This document shows, piece after piece, positions 1-13,359 of a stretch of 64,000 nt of DNA. Below the pieces are notes generated by a model. It saw only the letters and a list, made by a program, of their open reading frames with translations, made no database searches and had not been told where the DNA came from. The position numbers and the translations under genes were made by a program. Within the stretch, counting starts at the first letter, position 1. The number at the start of each line of letters is the position of its first letter. Source of the stretch: Cenococcum geophilum (taxonomy: Eukaryota). Location of the stretch: contig CP158636.1 in NCBI GenBank assembly GCA_050273025.1, positions 9,672,001 through 9,736,000 on the forward strand, given 5' to 3'.

Positions 1-700
1 GCCCACTAATGCGGGACGTTATAAATATTATTAGCTGGTGATAGACTAGCTAAAAAGCCTATTAGTAACTATAATATATATTATAACTACTATGCTAAAG
101 GTGTCTAGGCTCCGTCACCGCGTCTTATAGTACCGTATCCCGGCTAGATGGCGCTACTACGCTTAGTAGACGTATTATATTAAGGAGGTACTACGTCTTT
201 TTACATTATGGTTGTCTATTTAGGCTTAAAAAAGAGGTTCTAAACCCTATTAAATTTCGGAGCGCTAACTTTTCTTTTACAGAACGCTACGGAGAATCCT
301 AAGGCTAGCGCGACGCCAAGAATTAGGTTTATTTAGTAGCTATACTCCTACTACTTACGCTTGTCTCTAGAATACCAATTAAGGACTATATAGCTATACT
401 CCCGTTATTATCTTATAAGGAGTTAAAGGAAATACTAACCCTTATTTAATCCTACTAAGCCGAATATAACCTAAGCCTACTATTAATCGCTGTCTATAAG
501 GCCTAACTATAAGGTCGTTCCTTCTAATACTAATATTTCCTAGAGGATCTGTAATAACGAGCTTATATATCCGCCGAACCTACTTCCCCTTCTACTAATA
601 TAACTGCTATAAGCAACCGCATTAAATAAAGGAGATATAGAAGGTAAGGGAAGTAAGGGAGGCAAAGGAGGTATACATATTACTAGTCGCTAAGAAAATC
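1..700 (+). pseudogene. 3' part of a hypothetical gene remnant (cargo)
   Basis: Protein-like frames either side of an intron-like segment (branch GCTAAC ..CAG at ~265-281). Confidence 0.3.
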
Positions 701-1877
701 GAGTAGTTACGCACCTTAGCCTTAAAGTAGCGGCAAGAAGTAGTATACAAAAGTGCTAGATATTAAGGATGTTTATATAGGGAGAATAGGTCTATACAAT
801 GCGTAATGAAATAGAAGTCATCGTTAGCTATAGCGTAAAAGGGTGCTTAGCAGTAATAATAAAAGCATAATAAAAAGTTTAGGTCATTAGTTAGTTATAA
901 GTATATTAGAGATTATAATAAGTTTACCTCTTTAGTTTTAAATAGGGTATATAGAGATAATTAATAATACCTATAAATAAGTCTAATTCTAGTCTAATAT
1001 CACATCTAACAACAGCTACCTTCTTAACTAGTTTTAGAGCCACTATTAAGTTTTTGGGACACCGCTGGCAGATTCTTAAACAGAGCATCCTAGTTATAAA
1101 AGCCGAATATTAAACAAAAGCTAGGCTAGTAGCCTCTTAGTCGGCCCACTAGTAAGTTAAAGGTTAATAATTAAGCAAATACTCTTAAAGATGCTAGAGG
1201 ACGTGGCAGGGTAGTAGTTTTAGGAAAAATAAAATAAAAGCTAATGGACTAAGGAGAACTATAACTTAATACATTCGCTACGGAATAGCTGCTACTATAA
1301 TTACCAAAAGTCCCACTATAATAAAGCAGATGCGTATCTTAGACGTTTTACTCTATAAAGCCTATAGTATTATACTCCTTTTTTAATAATATAGAACCAT
1401 TATAAACTTGTTTTACTAAACGGTATTTACTTCTAGTAAAAGAGTATACAATTACGCGGAAAAAGGAGGTAAATATTAGACTTTAATACTAGAAGATTAG
1501 ATCTACTGTAATATAGAGTTAAAAAGCTAGCTATTAAGTAAAGTTAAAAATTCTTACTAGGCAGACGACCTTAAAACTAAGTAATTAAACTTAGCTAAAG
1601 CTAGCGCATATTATTCAAGAAACACTATTATTATTACCCTTACTATTACAATCTTTACATAGTAATATGTTAAAGTTACTAAATATAAGTAGCTAGTAAG
1701 ATATGTCAACAGTAGTCCGCGAAAAAAAATTAAAAGGATGTGAAAATAAGCGATATTTAGCCGCCGTTAACCAGTGCCCCGCTACACGTATAACTAAGTA
1801 GAAAACATCTAAATCTAAAGCTATCTACCTTATACTTATTAAATTGCGAATATACTTTAATCCCTTAATTAAAATAA

Positions 1878-2380
1878 ATGGCAGAACACCCTACTAATAG
1901 ACTTTTTAAGTTTTACTATTATCCTAACCCTATTATTAGAGAGCCTATTAATAATTTTCAAAAGAATAGGGTATAAGGGTTAATAACCAACTATAGGCTT
2001 AAGTTTATTAAGACGTATATACGCGATAATAATATAAGTCTCTAGTTTATTAATTCTAGATTAAAACTAAAGTAATAGAGTAGGTAATTCGCGGATCTCT
2101 AGAATTAGATAATATAACTTAGTATTTAGCGTTTTTAGAAGTAATATATTAACAACTGGGTTATACAGTCTACTAGCTAGGCAAATAGCTATTAAAGGCC
2201 CGCGTATTTCTTCTGCTAGGCAAAAGGTTAAAAATCTTACTTTATAACGGCTTAGAGTTACTAGATAGGGAAAAGGATGAATTTAATATATATATAATAC
2301 TAGAGGCAATTTTAAAGGCTAAAATTAAGGATAAATCTATAGGGCGCTATAAAATAAAATTAGAGGATGGCGGCGTGTAA
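1878..2380 (+). pseudogene. Small hypothetical gene remnant (cargo)
   Basis: MAEHPTNRLFKF.. and a downstream frame ..RPAYFFC*AKG*KSYFYNGLELLDREKDEF..EDGGV*; no family recognised. Confidence 0.3.
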
Positions 2381-2749
2381 GTAGTATAGCACGTCCTTTA
2401 TTATACTCTACTTATACGACTAGACTCGTATATAATGGTTAAATAGCCTATAATTTGGTTAAAGGTTTACTCTTTATATTTAGATTTATTCTAGAGAAAA
2501 TATCTAATAAATTTGCGAAAGGAAGAGAAAAACTAGTGCTTCCACAATTACTTAAGGAGAAGGCAGATAAGTTAAGTATATTATAGATTAAATTTATCTT
2601 CTAGTTTATATAGAGTAAGTAAAAAGTTCCTCTAATAAGTCCTTATATTTAATCGTTTATAAAGATATTTATAGAGCTACATTAAAGGTGTTTAGGTAAG
2701 TAGTAATACTAGAAGGATATAATATATCGTAATAACGTATTCGATTAGG

Positions 2750-5029
2750 GCCCTAATATCTTAAAGTTAGCGCAAAAAGAGCATCGCTAATGTGTAGCGC
2801 AGCCTATATATTAAGACTGGGTCCGTTATTATATATATTACTAATAGTTTACTATTATAATATTAGCTTAAGTGTACCATCTCTAAATTAAATGGCTAAC
2901 CTCATTTATATTAACGCTTATCTATATAATAGGCGGTCTATCTAAGTTATTAAACTAAGCCTAAGACGTGGCCGCTAGCTGGCCTTATATATATCTATTA
3001 ATATATATCCCTACATCTATAGTTTAGAACGGTTAATTTAGGATAGAGATATCTATATTTAGATTCCATTAGCGGTTAATAGTATAAGTTTATATTATCG
3101 AACTTACCTCTTTAAACAGCTATACAAACTGTCTTTAACGTAGGTCTATAGATATTTATAGACACTAATGGCATGTTATTAATCTAAGGTTCGCTTAAGA
3201 GGATACCTAAAGCATCCGTTATGCTACGTTTATAAATTGTTTAAGGCTACTAACTGGTAACAAAGGTAGGGTTATCTGCGCGAGAAACAATATAAGAATC
3301 TACTATTAGATTCGGATTATTCGCTACGGTTCCTACGCTTAGCTATCCCACAAAGACGTTTAGATATAAATTGGTTGTCGTAACTATAGCAGTTTCTCTA
3401 TATAGGGCGCCAGTACTTATATCGGAAAGTAGAATAGGCCCTAGAGAAGAATCCTACGATTATACTATATACCTATTTTCCATCTCTATTGTAAGCTGCT
3501 AGTAGAATAACCTTAACGCTAAAGTTTCCTACGCGGATTTTAACATATCTTGGTCTATAGTTAGCCTACAATTAGCCCTTTAGAATAATTTTAAACGCAC
3601 TACTATATATCCCTTCTTACCTATCACCTAAGTAAGCAGTTATACCCTAGCAGCTAAATCGCAGTCGCTTAGTAGTATAGCTAAGGGTACTTCTATTAGA
3701 CATTACTTTGTCTTTAAGTGTAATTAGTTAAGCGCCTATTTATATTATAGGTAAGAGTTTCGCCAACCTAATATAATGCTATTATCTTCTTTATAAGCTA
3801 AAGGAGCCGTCCTTACGCTCTTTAGGACACCGGTAGGTTTTACTAGTAAGTTTGTTTTCTGCCGTGTTTGGGAAAGTAACCTTAAGGGATAACTTAAGTG
3901 CCTTTCTTCTTAAATTCGGAAATATATTTAAACTGCTTTGTTATACAATACCTATAGTTTATTAAGTCTTAGCGTCTATTTCTTTACAGTCCACAGCACT
4001 TTCCTAAACTCCTTTATATATAGGAACCTTACAAGCGTATTGAGGTTATTATCTAGTAGATTGCTAAACAGGCCCTAAGCTTAGTAAATGATTATAGAAA
4101 TCCCTAAAAACCTAACCTTTCTCTTAAGTAATTTGTATTTGCTGCCGTTACGCATACCTTATTCTACAATAACCTTATCCTTAAATATTACTAATTACCG
4201 GGCATAAGCAGCAATACTGTTATTCTTTCTATTCTAGGCAGCCTTAAATATTTTATATTCCACTAACAGGTTCTATTTTACGCGACATCTAAGTAATTTA
4301 GCCGTTAGTAAGATTCTATTGACTTTCTTTAATTTACCTCGCTAAATATCCTAAATTTTAAAGTCTTCTCTTTCTACTATCTTTTAAATATTGGATTTAT
4401 CTAAGTAATATACTATCTAAGTTAATTCAAGGTCTTTATATGCAAACGGCAGCCTTAGAAGGATTTTACCGCAGATTCCTTTTAAAAATTTACTAAAATT
4501 AAGCTTATTATTATCTAAGGAATAGTTACTAAAGTCCTCGCTACTAGATATTAATATAGATGTGGCCAGTCTAGACTAAAACTGTGCTATAAATTAAACC
4601 AAGATATCTAATAATTTATAAGCTTATAGGATATTGGCTTTAGCTAATATAATAGTCTAAATTATCTTTACTACCTACATTATTATAACTAGCAAGTCCG
4701 TTACTTTACAATTTAGTTACGCTATAATTGTTATAGATTAAGGAAGGGAAAGGAAGGGGTAATAAAAGATGCTTACTAAACTGGAACTAGTTCCCCCTGC
4801 CGCCATCTAAAGGTAGCTAGGAAGTATAGGGGCTATTTTAGCCCTAGCTAATCTCCAACCCTTAATAGTTAGAAAGCTATAGAATAACACCTATTAGCCA
4901 GTTATATCCTATATAAGGTAAATATACTAAATACGCGTAAGTATAGGAATAGTTTAAAGCGCAATACTTTAAAGCTAAGTTGACGCCAAGAGTTATTTAG
5001 TCTATAAGCCTCTTTATACCCATAGGCAT
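2750..5029 (-). pseudogene. Hypothetical multi-exon gene remnant(s) (cargo)
   Basis: ATG near 5,029, GTAAGC donor near 4,776, long frames with RIP-type stops (..FLKGICGKILLRLPFAYKDLELT.., ..RSITDALGILLSEP*INNMPLVSINIYRPT..). May be one or two genes. Confidence 0.4.
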
Positions 5030-5389
5030 CTCCGAAATAAGGGAAACGCCGCTATTGCTTCTGTAACTATGCTAAATAGTACTAAAGAAAGCGCTAACAA
5101 GAGCGTAGGAATAAGACGAACTAGTATATACCCTATAACTTATCTTAATTAAGCTTATAGGCGGCATTGGAACAATATCTATATATATAACTTAACATCT
5201 TTATAGACTAAAAAAGGGAAGCTTATAAGGATAAAGGTATATAGTAAATATCCTCTATATAGTTAGATCTATTAAGAAGTATAAGAATAGGTAGAGACTC
5301 TAAAAATAGCTATTAACATCCTTCTAGCTTATTACTTTAATCTTTATAAAGTAATAATACTAATTACATCTAAAGTCCTAAAGCTATAT

Positions 5390-7816
5390 AACACGGCCCC
5401 TAATATCCCTCTAAACTGCAAAAGTTTATAAGCACCTATAGTTACTCTAGGTCTACCGTATTCTAATCTAATTATAGCTATCGCCTTAGCAAAGCTGCTT
5501 AAGAATATAGTTAAGGCAATCTAAGTAACTATAGACACCTCCTAGGCTAATAACCCTTAAACTACTAAATCTATAGATTACTCTTATACCCTAGAGTTCT
5601 AAATAGTTAATAAGGTATACGTTTCGTACTATATATAAAGCTTATTAGTTAATACGTCCTAGCTAGGACACAAAGTCGTACTAGTATACTATTATAGAGT
5701 CTCTAAAAAAAGCACCTAAGAATTTAAATTATTACGTATTTATAGTTCGCCGGCGAATAGGTTCGTGTAATAGATATAGTAAGGTAAACTCTACTAATAA
5801 GAATAAACCAGATCGGGACACCAAAGAGACAATATATTATACTAATATTAAGTCTAAGCCGCTGCGAAAGGTCCTAAGAACTATATTACAGCGTACTAAT
5901 ATAATTAGTCTAAAAGAAGTAAAGCTTTCTATAACTTATCCCTCTTTATAAAGGAATTCGTAGCTAACTAAGTTTAGGTCAAGCAATATTTACTATACCA
6001 CTGCCTTTTAGAGCTAAAATTAATTTAATTTTAGAATAACGTATATTCTATAGACCATATAAGCAGGGAGCACTTTTAATTACTTATTAACTATATTAAG
6101 AATACCTATAAGACCATAGCCTAGTACCTAGGCACACTTCTATAGAGCCGCTATATTATATATAACCTGCTATAGGCCCTATTTAAGCTAAACGCCCTTA
6201 TATATACGACTTACTCTAGTATAGGCCGCCCTTAATATATTAAGTATGATTTTAGGAAGTAGAAGTAGATAAAATCTAGTTCTAAATACTAAAAAATTAA
6301 ATACCGCTATCTTAATTTTAATAGTACCGATTTTAGCAAAGTATTTATAGAGGTTAAGATTCCTAAGTTCCGTAGAGTAAGGTAAATTAATAACCTTTCC
6401 GCATTCCCTCTTTAATACTATTTAAACGCTAGCAAGGTTAAGGCTAATCTAGTTAAGTATAAAAAGAAATTTGTTCGCTTAATTAGGACTTATTATTATC
6501 ACTATAATAGGCAGGCTTTCTTTATATATAAAGGGAAGAAGATTAGATTTCCCGTTAACGGCCAGATTATAGTAAATGCTGCCTTTTTTAGGAAAATAAA
6601 TCCTAATTACGCTAGACTAAAGGTCGACAAAGAAGACGATATAGATTTAATTCTACTACTTAACCTTTTTTACCCTAGCTAGCCGCTACCTAAGCGGGTT
6701 AGGAGCACTAGCTTAAAACCTACTAACTTAACTAAGGATAATTTGCTTATTTATAGCCCTACTATACCTAGGTTCAGCCTTAGTGAAAAGATATAAAATA
6801 GGGTATATCTTTTCTACTAGTAGCTGTCGAGCTAATCTATAGATATAGCGAAATTTCTAGTTACTAGTATTAACGAGACCTAATAGTCCTCTGCACCTTT
6901 TAATTACCTAACTATCCTAGAGAAGTAGAAGGATATTATTATAGCTCTTACTAAAGCCCGTACTAATCTAGCGAACGGGTTTAAATTTAACAACTTTATT
7001 ACTAGAAAAGGTCGCGGTCTAGTTATACTCTTACAGTATAGTTCCTAGAATTTTTATCTCTCTATTTACTTATATACACTAGCAGCTCTCTAGGACTAGG
7101 AAAGACGCTTACGGCCAAAACTATCGCTAAACATCTTAAACAGCCACTTTATTTAGTGCGTAATCTCTACCTCCTTTTACCTAATACCTTCTAACTCTGT
7201 AGATCTCCGCCGGTAAATTAAGCACTAAAGTAGGATTACTAGAAGGGCAACTTTTAGATATCTTTTAGATCGCTAGTTATTAAAAGGTAATCCTTTTTTT
7301 AGATAAAGCAGATATCTATTTTAAGCGGCGTTTGTCTTATAACCTATCTTATAACAGCCTTGTAACCATATTTCTCCGCAAGCTAGAATATCTAAAAGGG
7401 ATCCTATTCTTAACGATAAACTATATATCCGAATTTAACGAAGCGATTCTTAGCCAAGTCTATCTTATACTAAAATACAATAAGTTAAGTAGCGACGCAA
7501 GGAAGCAGATCTAGGGCCATTTTCTTTCCTAATCGCGCACCTTTTATAGAGCCCCATATATACATAATAAGGAGTTAGAACGGTTAGTTAGTAGTAAGCT
7601 TAATAGGCGGCAGGTAAGGCGCCTTAACTATATATTAAATTAATCTACTAACTAAGAACTCCTTAGATTAAGAATGCTATTTTTACGGCCCACGCGCTAG
7701 CTATAAAGGAGAAGTATAGAATATAGTTTATATACCTTTTTAAAGCTCTAACTATAAGCGAGAAGTTTATACGTAAGTTTAATAGGGCGGAATATATTAC
7801 TAGCCTATACGGTTAA
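5390..7816 (+). pseudogene. Fungal AAA+ ATPase (long N-terminal domain plus AAA), Starship cargo, RIP-inactivated
   Basis: KGRGLVILL/..GLGKTLTAK (Walker A, GPPGTGKT-like), ILFLDKADIY (Walker B, LDEAD-like), NSLVTIFLRKLEYLKGILFLTIN (ORF 7332-7514), LNRRQ/IKN; several GT-AG introns; start approximate. Confidence 0.85.
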
Positions 7817-7902
7817 GGATTCCGTAAAAGTCTTAAGGAATTCCAGTCATTTAGGTAAGTTAGCTATAAAGAAGAGACCTAGCTAAATCTAAATAGGGAA
7901 TT

Positions 7903-9130
7903 ATAAAGCCGCTCTTTATAGAAGCTAGTTAGGCTAAGTTCTATAGCTAATAATTTATATCGTTTTTAGAGGTCAATTATAGAAGTGTTCTATCTAAAGT
8001 TATAGCGCTAGTAGTAAAGAACCTTAAGCGCAAAGATGCTAGAAATCGCTTACTTATTAGCTAATTATAATACCTAATTATACTAAGCTAATCTAATCCA
8101 CCTAGCTAATAATAGGATGCTAGTTTAGAACTAAACCCCTAACGCCAAGCAGCCTAATACCTTGCGCTAAAGGAAAGGAACTAAAATAGGTATTAAAAGC
8201 TAAGCCCTAATTTATTTCTTTTAACCTTTAACATAAACCCATCTATCCCGCGAGTATATTATATAGTTCTTTACACAACTGGCTTCCCTAAAATGTTTAC
8301 AACTTAACTTTTTAGCACAGCTATGCTAAGACAAGGCTAAGCAAACGCTTTACTATTTCCAGCGAAGCTTGAAACACTATTAGTAGGGAGCAACTAGATA
8401 GCTATTTTTTAATAAACCTAATAACTAGCAGCATGCTAAGCGGAATCCGGTTAAAGAAGCTAGGATAGCGTAGTTAAGTTATTAGGATAACGTTAAGTAA
8501 AGATAAGCATGCTATATTATAGATTTTAGGCAAAGTCCGAGTTCTATAGTTTTAGTTTTAGGGTATCTAAATGCTAAGGCCGCTAAACTTTATTTTTAGA
8601 TATTAAAGGGGACACTTTTAGAACCTAGAAGAAATAGACAATAAACTACTACCCTAGTTGGTACTTTTGATTAAAGCTGCTCCGTACGTCCTATATAGGG
8701 TATTGTCCCCAAATGCTAAGCTTATAGCTGTTAGGCCTATATTTATACTAACTTCTAAAAAGTAAGACAAGCCCTATATTGGTTTAGAACTAGTAAAGCT
8801 AAAGATTCCTAACATTACAATTAATAATGCTAAAGAGAAATAGGTAGAAAAAGAAGACGCTAGCAGCTATAGTATATACTAGGGTAATCTTAGTTATAAC
8901 CTAGAGTAGAGGTATGACTAATAGATATAAAAAAGAGGCTAGGGTAGTTACGGTAGTAAATATAGATTCTAGCCTAAGAATAAAAGTAGTTCTAAATTTA
9001 GGACCTTAGACTAGAGTAAAAAAGGAGGAGGTACTAGATCTAGGAACTAGTAGGCTAAGAATAAAACTAGTCCTATATCTAGAAACTTAGATACTTAGAT
9101 ATAAGGGCTGCCTTATAAATTTTAGTAGAC
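7903..9130 (+). pseudogene. Hypothetical protein gene remnant (cargo)
   Basis: Long protein-like frames broken by TAA/TAG (e.g. THLSREYII*FFTQLASLKCLQLNFLAQLC*DKAKQTL); family not recognised; limits approximate. Confidence 0.35.
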
Positions 9131-9443
9131 GTAATTAGACTTATATAGGCCTTAAAGGTTACTAAGAATGGTAAATAGTAAGCATACTAGCACTTTAGAG
9201 AGCGTTTATAAATTAAAGCTAGTAATAAGTCTGGCCAAGACCTTATAGGTTAAATTAGTATCCGTATATTAACTAGTAGTAATACTAAGGCTCTAATACA
9301 ATTTCTACGCTGCCTACGCTTAATATTAAACCGTAACTTACGCCAAGACTATTCGAATCTGTAAAAGCTTTCTGCCTACGCCTACCTTATTATTATAATC
9401 TAAGTAAAACATTTTACTAATACCCAACTTCTAATCCTTCTCC

Positions 9444-12400
9444 TTAGCGAAGTTTTCCACGCCGCCTAACTAACCTATTTATCGGCTTATTATTATCTAG
9501 ATAGTCGTTAGCGTCCCTATCCTCTTTTTAGCACTATATTTAGTGATCTAGCCTTTATAGAGGTCCGGGCCGGGTTAGATCAGCTCTATAGAAGTTATAG
9601 AGCTTATATAGGCTATTTTTAAAGTTAGCTGTGTTATACCACTTCGGATCGTCATCGTAGCTAAGCCATTTTACGTGGTATTTAAGCTTTTTTCTAAAGA
9701 TACGGGCTCCTAGAACTTGCTCAACCTTATATTTATCTTCTTTATCCCCTTAGGTAAAAAGAGCCAGGTCGGACTAGGGGCGCGCCACTAGAGCGCAATT
9801 AAGCTAAAGTTTAGGCCATAACTCCTTATAAAAGTTTGTGCTCTGGAAATTATTATTTTACTTATTTACTTTAGCTTCTCTAGTCTCCGAAAACGTAATA
9901 TCGTCTATTTATCTGTTAATTTGTGGGTAATTGCTCTCTAGATAGTTAATCTCACTAACGTGCTCCTAATCCTTATTAATAGCTCCGTTACTAAGAGCAT
10001 CTTTATTATCGAGACTATTCTCCAATTCGCCACACTACGAGGATAGTGGCGTATTATCTTCGCTTTTGTTTTAATCTGATATGATTTTTAGGATTAGCGA
10101 GGAGCCTAAGTTAGTAGAAGATAGGGCTTTAACTAGAGTAGGATAGGATATTAACCTCTTCCCTTAGTTCTAAAACGTATTACTTTTATCAATAAATTTA
10201 TATTTTAGATCTTCCGTTTTCTATCTTAATAGCCGCCTCCTACTAACGTATATCCGCTTAGCTAGTCTAGCTCTTCCTTTACCTACTAACTTAGACCTTT
10301 TAAGAGTACTCCTAAAATCGATATAATAGACGTCTTTAAGATGAAACTGGAGCTCCTATAATGACGTAAATAACTTTCCACAATAGAGCTTGCGTAGAGG
10401 GTATACTGGCGACTTAGAATCTTCGAAATGCTAATTATAGATATAGTCTTTCTATTTAGCCGTCTTGGGGAACTGCCGTATTCGTATTTTAGCGGGTAGA
10501 GACTTATTGCCTAAATAGTTAGGATAGAACCCCGGAGCAGCAAGTGTTCCTCCGTAGATTAGTGGGTTGTACTACGTAGGGATTATTTTAGGCTTATCTA
10601 AATAGGCTTGGTAATAAGCGTTTTATTCCTTTTAGTTAATAAACTATCTACTATAGAGGAAGCAAAACTTTACGAACTCGTGACTTTTCTTAAGCCACTT
10701 CTAATAGTAACTGTGTATATGTTTCTACCGTGTAGTAGCCGGTTAACTATTAGAAATTCTCTAATTAGACGCCATATTATAAATAATAGGTAGGGTTGTA
10801 TACCTATAAATCTTTCGCGTAAAGCCTGTTTTTGGATAATGGCATTTGTCCAGCTTAAGACCTAGTTAGAATACTACTTCCTCTTCTTATAAATAGAGCT
10901 TAATTAGATCTTGGAGAACAGTCTTGCCTATATCGCTATATATAGTGGCCTTAATAAATATACTAGACGCTAGATGGTCGCGCACTGGTATAAGTTTACG
11001 CGCTCGTCGGAATATAGTTCTGTAACGGCCGGTGCATTCTTTTATATAGGCGTCGACTTTGCTCGCGGGTCGAGTAGGCTGTTTTCCCCGATACCTATAA
11101 AGCGCTTCCGAAATTAGCTTTTGTTTCCGGGCTTGCAACTCTTTGCGTTTATTCTTTAATAGTGCGTCATCTAAAGAAAGATCCTTAAGTTTCGCTTTAA
11201 TGTCCTTGAACTCGGCGCTCTGCTTAAGCTTATGCCGCTTTTCTGCTGGCAGTGACTGCTATAGCTTTGGGTTCCGAGTGATAAGCAAGGAACGGAAAAG
11301 GTCCGCAATGTCCGTGCGATGGTCTTTGTCGTGGAAGAAGGTTGCCTAACCGTCCACTCCGGCATTGTTGGCTGCGTAATAATTACGATACACCGCTGGG
11401 TCACGCTGTCCGCCCTGTTTTATTTTTATATCCTATAAATAATTTCTGTCTGCATATAGTATAAGTTGGGTATATAGAGTACTATAGAACAGTATATATA
11501 CCAGTAAGGATTAGACCCTCCGCTCTGAAATTATATACCATTAGGGGTTCGTTATAGCCGGCACGAAAGCCCTATTCTCGAAAATATCGGCCGAATGCGC
11601 TTGCGGTCTCTATCTTCCCATTACTTCCCTTAAAGAACGGCAGGTCCCAGATACTTAGGTTCCAGTAGAGTTAAATTATTTACTTATCTTCTGGAGGTTC
11701 TAGTGCCAGAACCTCGTCTATTAACTTGTAATCTCTAAATGCATTTCTTGCTATATATATAGCGACTATTATAAGTATTAGATTACAAAATAGCGGGTAA
11801 GTCTTAACACCTTTATATATAACGTGTGCTCTGGTCTATTCCACAATTAGCGTTAGGTGCGTATATAATAAGGATTAATTTTACCTCTTATCTAGAGTGA
11901 ACGTTATGTACTTTACGTCTTGCTGGAGTTGTATAGCAAATTCTATATTACCGCACTTATTGTAAAAGATAGTAAAGATTATGTCCTAACCCGTCGCTGT
12001 TAGTTTATATAGGCTACTTTAAAACGGACTTATTTAAAAGCGTAAGCCCCTACCAGATCAAGGCGATATATAAATTCTACGTATTCGCTAATTCTTAAAG
12101 TGCTGAAAATATAGGCTATAATAAGAGCCTATATCTTAACTCTACGCCGCGGCTTTAGAAGTATAAATTAATTATTCTTCTACCACTGTGTTCCTAGGTA
12201 AAGAAAATGAATTTACGAGCCGTATCGCCGCAGTCTCTTTTTAAAGGGCAGCTTAAGGATGTTATATAGCTTGTACTTAATAAACTATCCTATATAATTA
12301 GTACTAATGCTATAAAACGCCTAGCTGGCCGTAGTTGACTTATATTTAAGGTGGATAGCGTTACGTTTAGGCCTATTACCTTCACTAGCTCCTTTTTCTC

Positions 12401-12831
12401 CCCCTTTTTATTTTTCTTCTTATTTTCCTGTTCCTCCTCTATCCTAGCTCGCCTCTAGCTAGCGGTGAAGTCTTTATAGTACTGGACTACGGTTTACAAG
12501 CCTGGCTTTTTATTACTATACTTACCCTTAATTCTAAGCGCAATAGACATAATATAGTCCTTAAACATCTTAATATTATTTAGACTTACTCCTGGATTTA
12601 ACTTCTTATATTTGGTGTTAAAATTTTATATTAGTGAGGTGTGCTGGGCTTAGAGATACTATTGTAGACTTACTAATCCTATAGCGCCAACGCGCGCGCG
12701 TAGTTTTTCTTTATCTTTGGCTGAAGTTCTTTTAGAACCTATTTTCCATTAATAACGTCTTTCTTCTTCTCTATGGCCGCGTTATTACTAGCACGCTTAA
12801 AGAATGCCTCTGGCGAAATCTTCTGCGGCAT
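9444..12831 (-). pseudogene. Starship captain: DUF3435 tyrosine recombinase with C-terminal C2H2-type Zn fingers and chromodomain; multi-exon, RIP stops
   Basis: Manual translation: MPQKISPEAFFKR..KNYARALAL*D (intron GTAAGT) ..TVVQYYKDFTAS*RR ..FSTLRISEYVE..SGRGLRF ..EFAIQLQQDVK ..GFRAGY..VYNFRAEGL ..KQGGQRDPAVYRNYYAANNAGVDG* ..DLFRSLLITRNPKL*QSLPAEK ..PVRDHLASSIF..VLQDLIKL (ORF 10887-11138) ..FCFLY..CGKLFTSL*ELQFHLKDVY ..YKVEQVLGARIFRKKLKYHVKWLSYDDDPKWY. These motifs match captain proteins as I recall them. The 3' end is approximate. Confidence 0.88.
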
Positions 12832-13359
12832 TTTGACGGTACGAGAAGCTATGGTGTAAGAAATAGAATAACAAATAGTATGAAGTTTAAATACGGATGG
12901 TGATGCTGCCAAGAAGACGGCAGCGTTACAATAATGGCTAAGGTAGTTAAGTAGGTTTGACCTAGCAGCACGACCGTGCCTTTATAGTGCAAAGGCATAG
13001 CATAAGCCACCTTGCAAAGGAGAGATGGCGTTGGCGTCGTGGGACACTGGGGGGCGCATGGCGAGGGGGCCTATTTCGTCCCTAGTCCTTAGGGGATAAT
13101 CCCGTCCCCCCTTCTAAAACGCGCCCTAGAGCCCAAACCCTGCCTTTAAGCATCTCTCTCGTCTAGACTTGACGAAATTATAAGGGTATGTCCGACTTAT
13201 AAATAAGTACGATTAGCTGTTAGGGGGAGTGTAGGGCAACGTAACTAAGCAGCGAGTGAGCAGCCTAAGGGGTAGGTAAGCTAAGGGTGATTAGTACCTA
13301 AGCAAAGCAGCGCCGCTTACTAGCCATAGTAGGAAAGAGAGTGCTAGAGAAATTTGACT

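Larger units (their letters stand above)
1..13359 (-). mobile_element. Starship giant transposon, captain-proximal end (extends beyond left window edge), RIP-inactivated
   Basis: DUF3435 captain ATG lies ~530 bp inside an abrupt junction with a gypsy integrase fragment at ~13,360 and points inward; it is followed by RIP-mutated non-TE genes. The other terminus is not in the window. Confidence 0.8.

Noticed and set aside
10608..11404. ORF-track entries 10608-10793(+), 11143-11349(+) and 11171-11404(-) as genes
   Set aside because: Antisense or off-frame shadows of the captain pseudogene.
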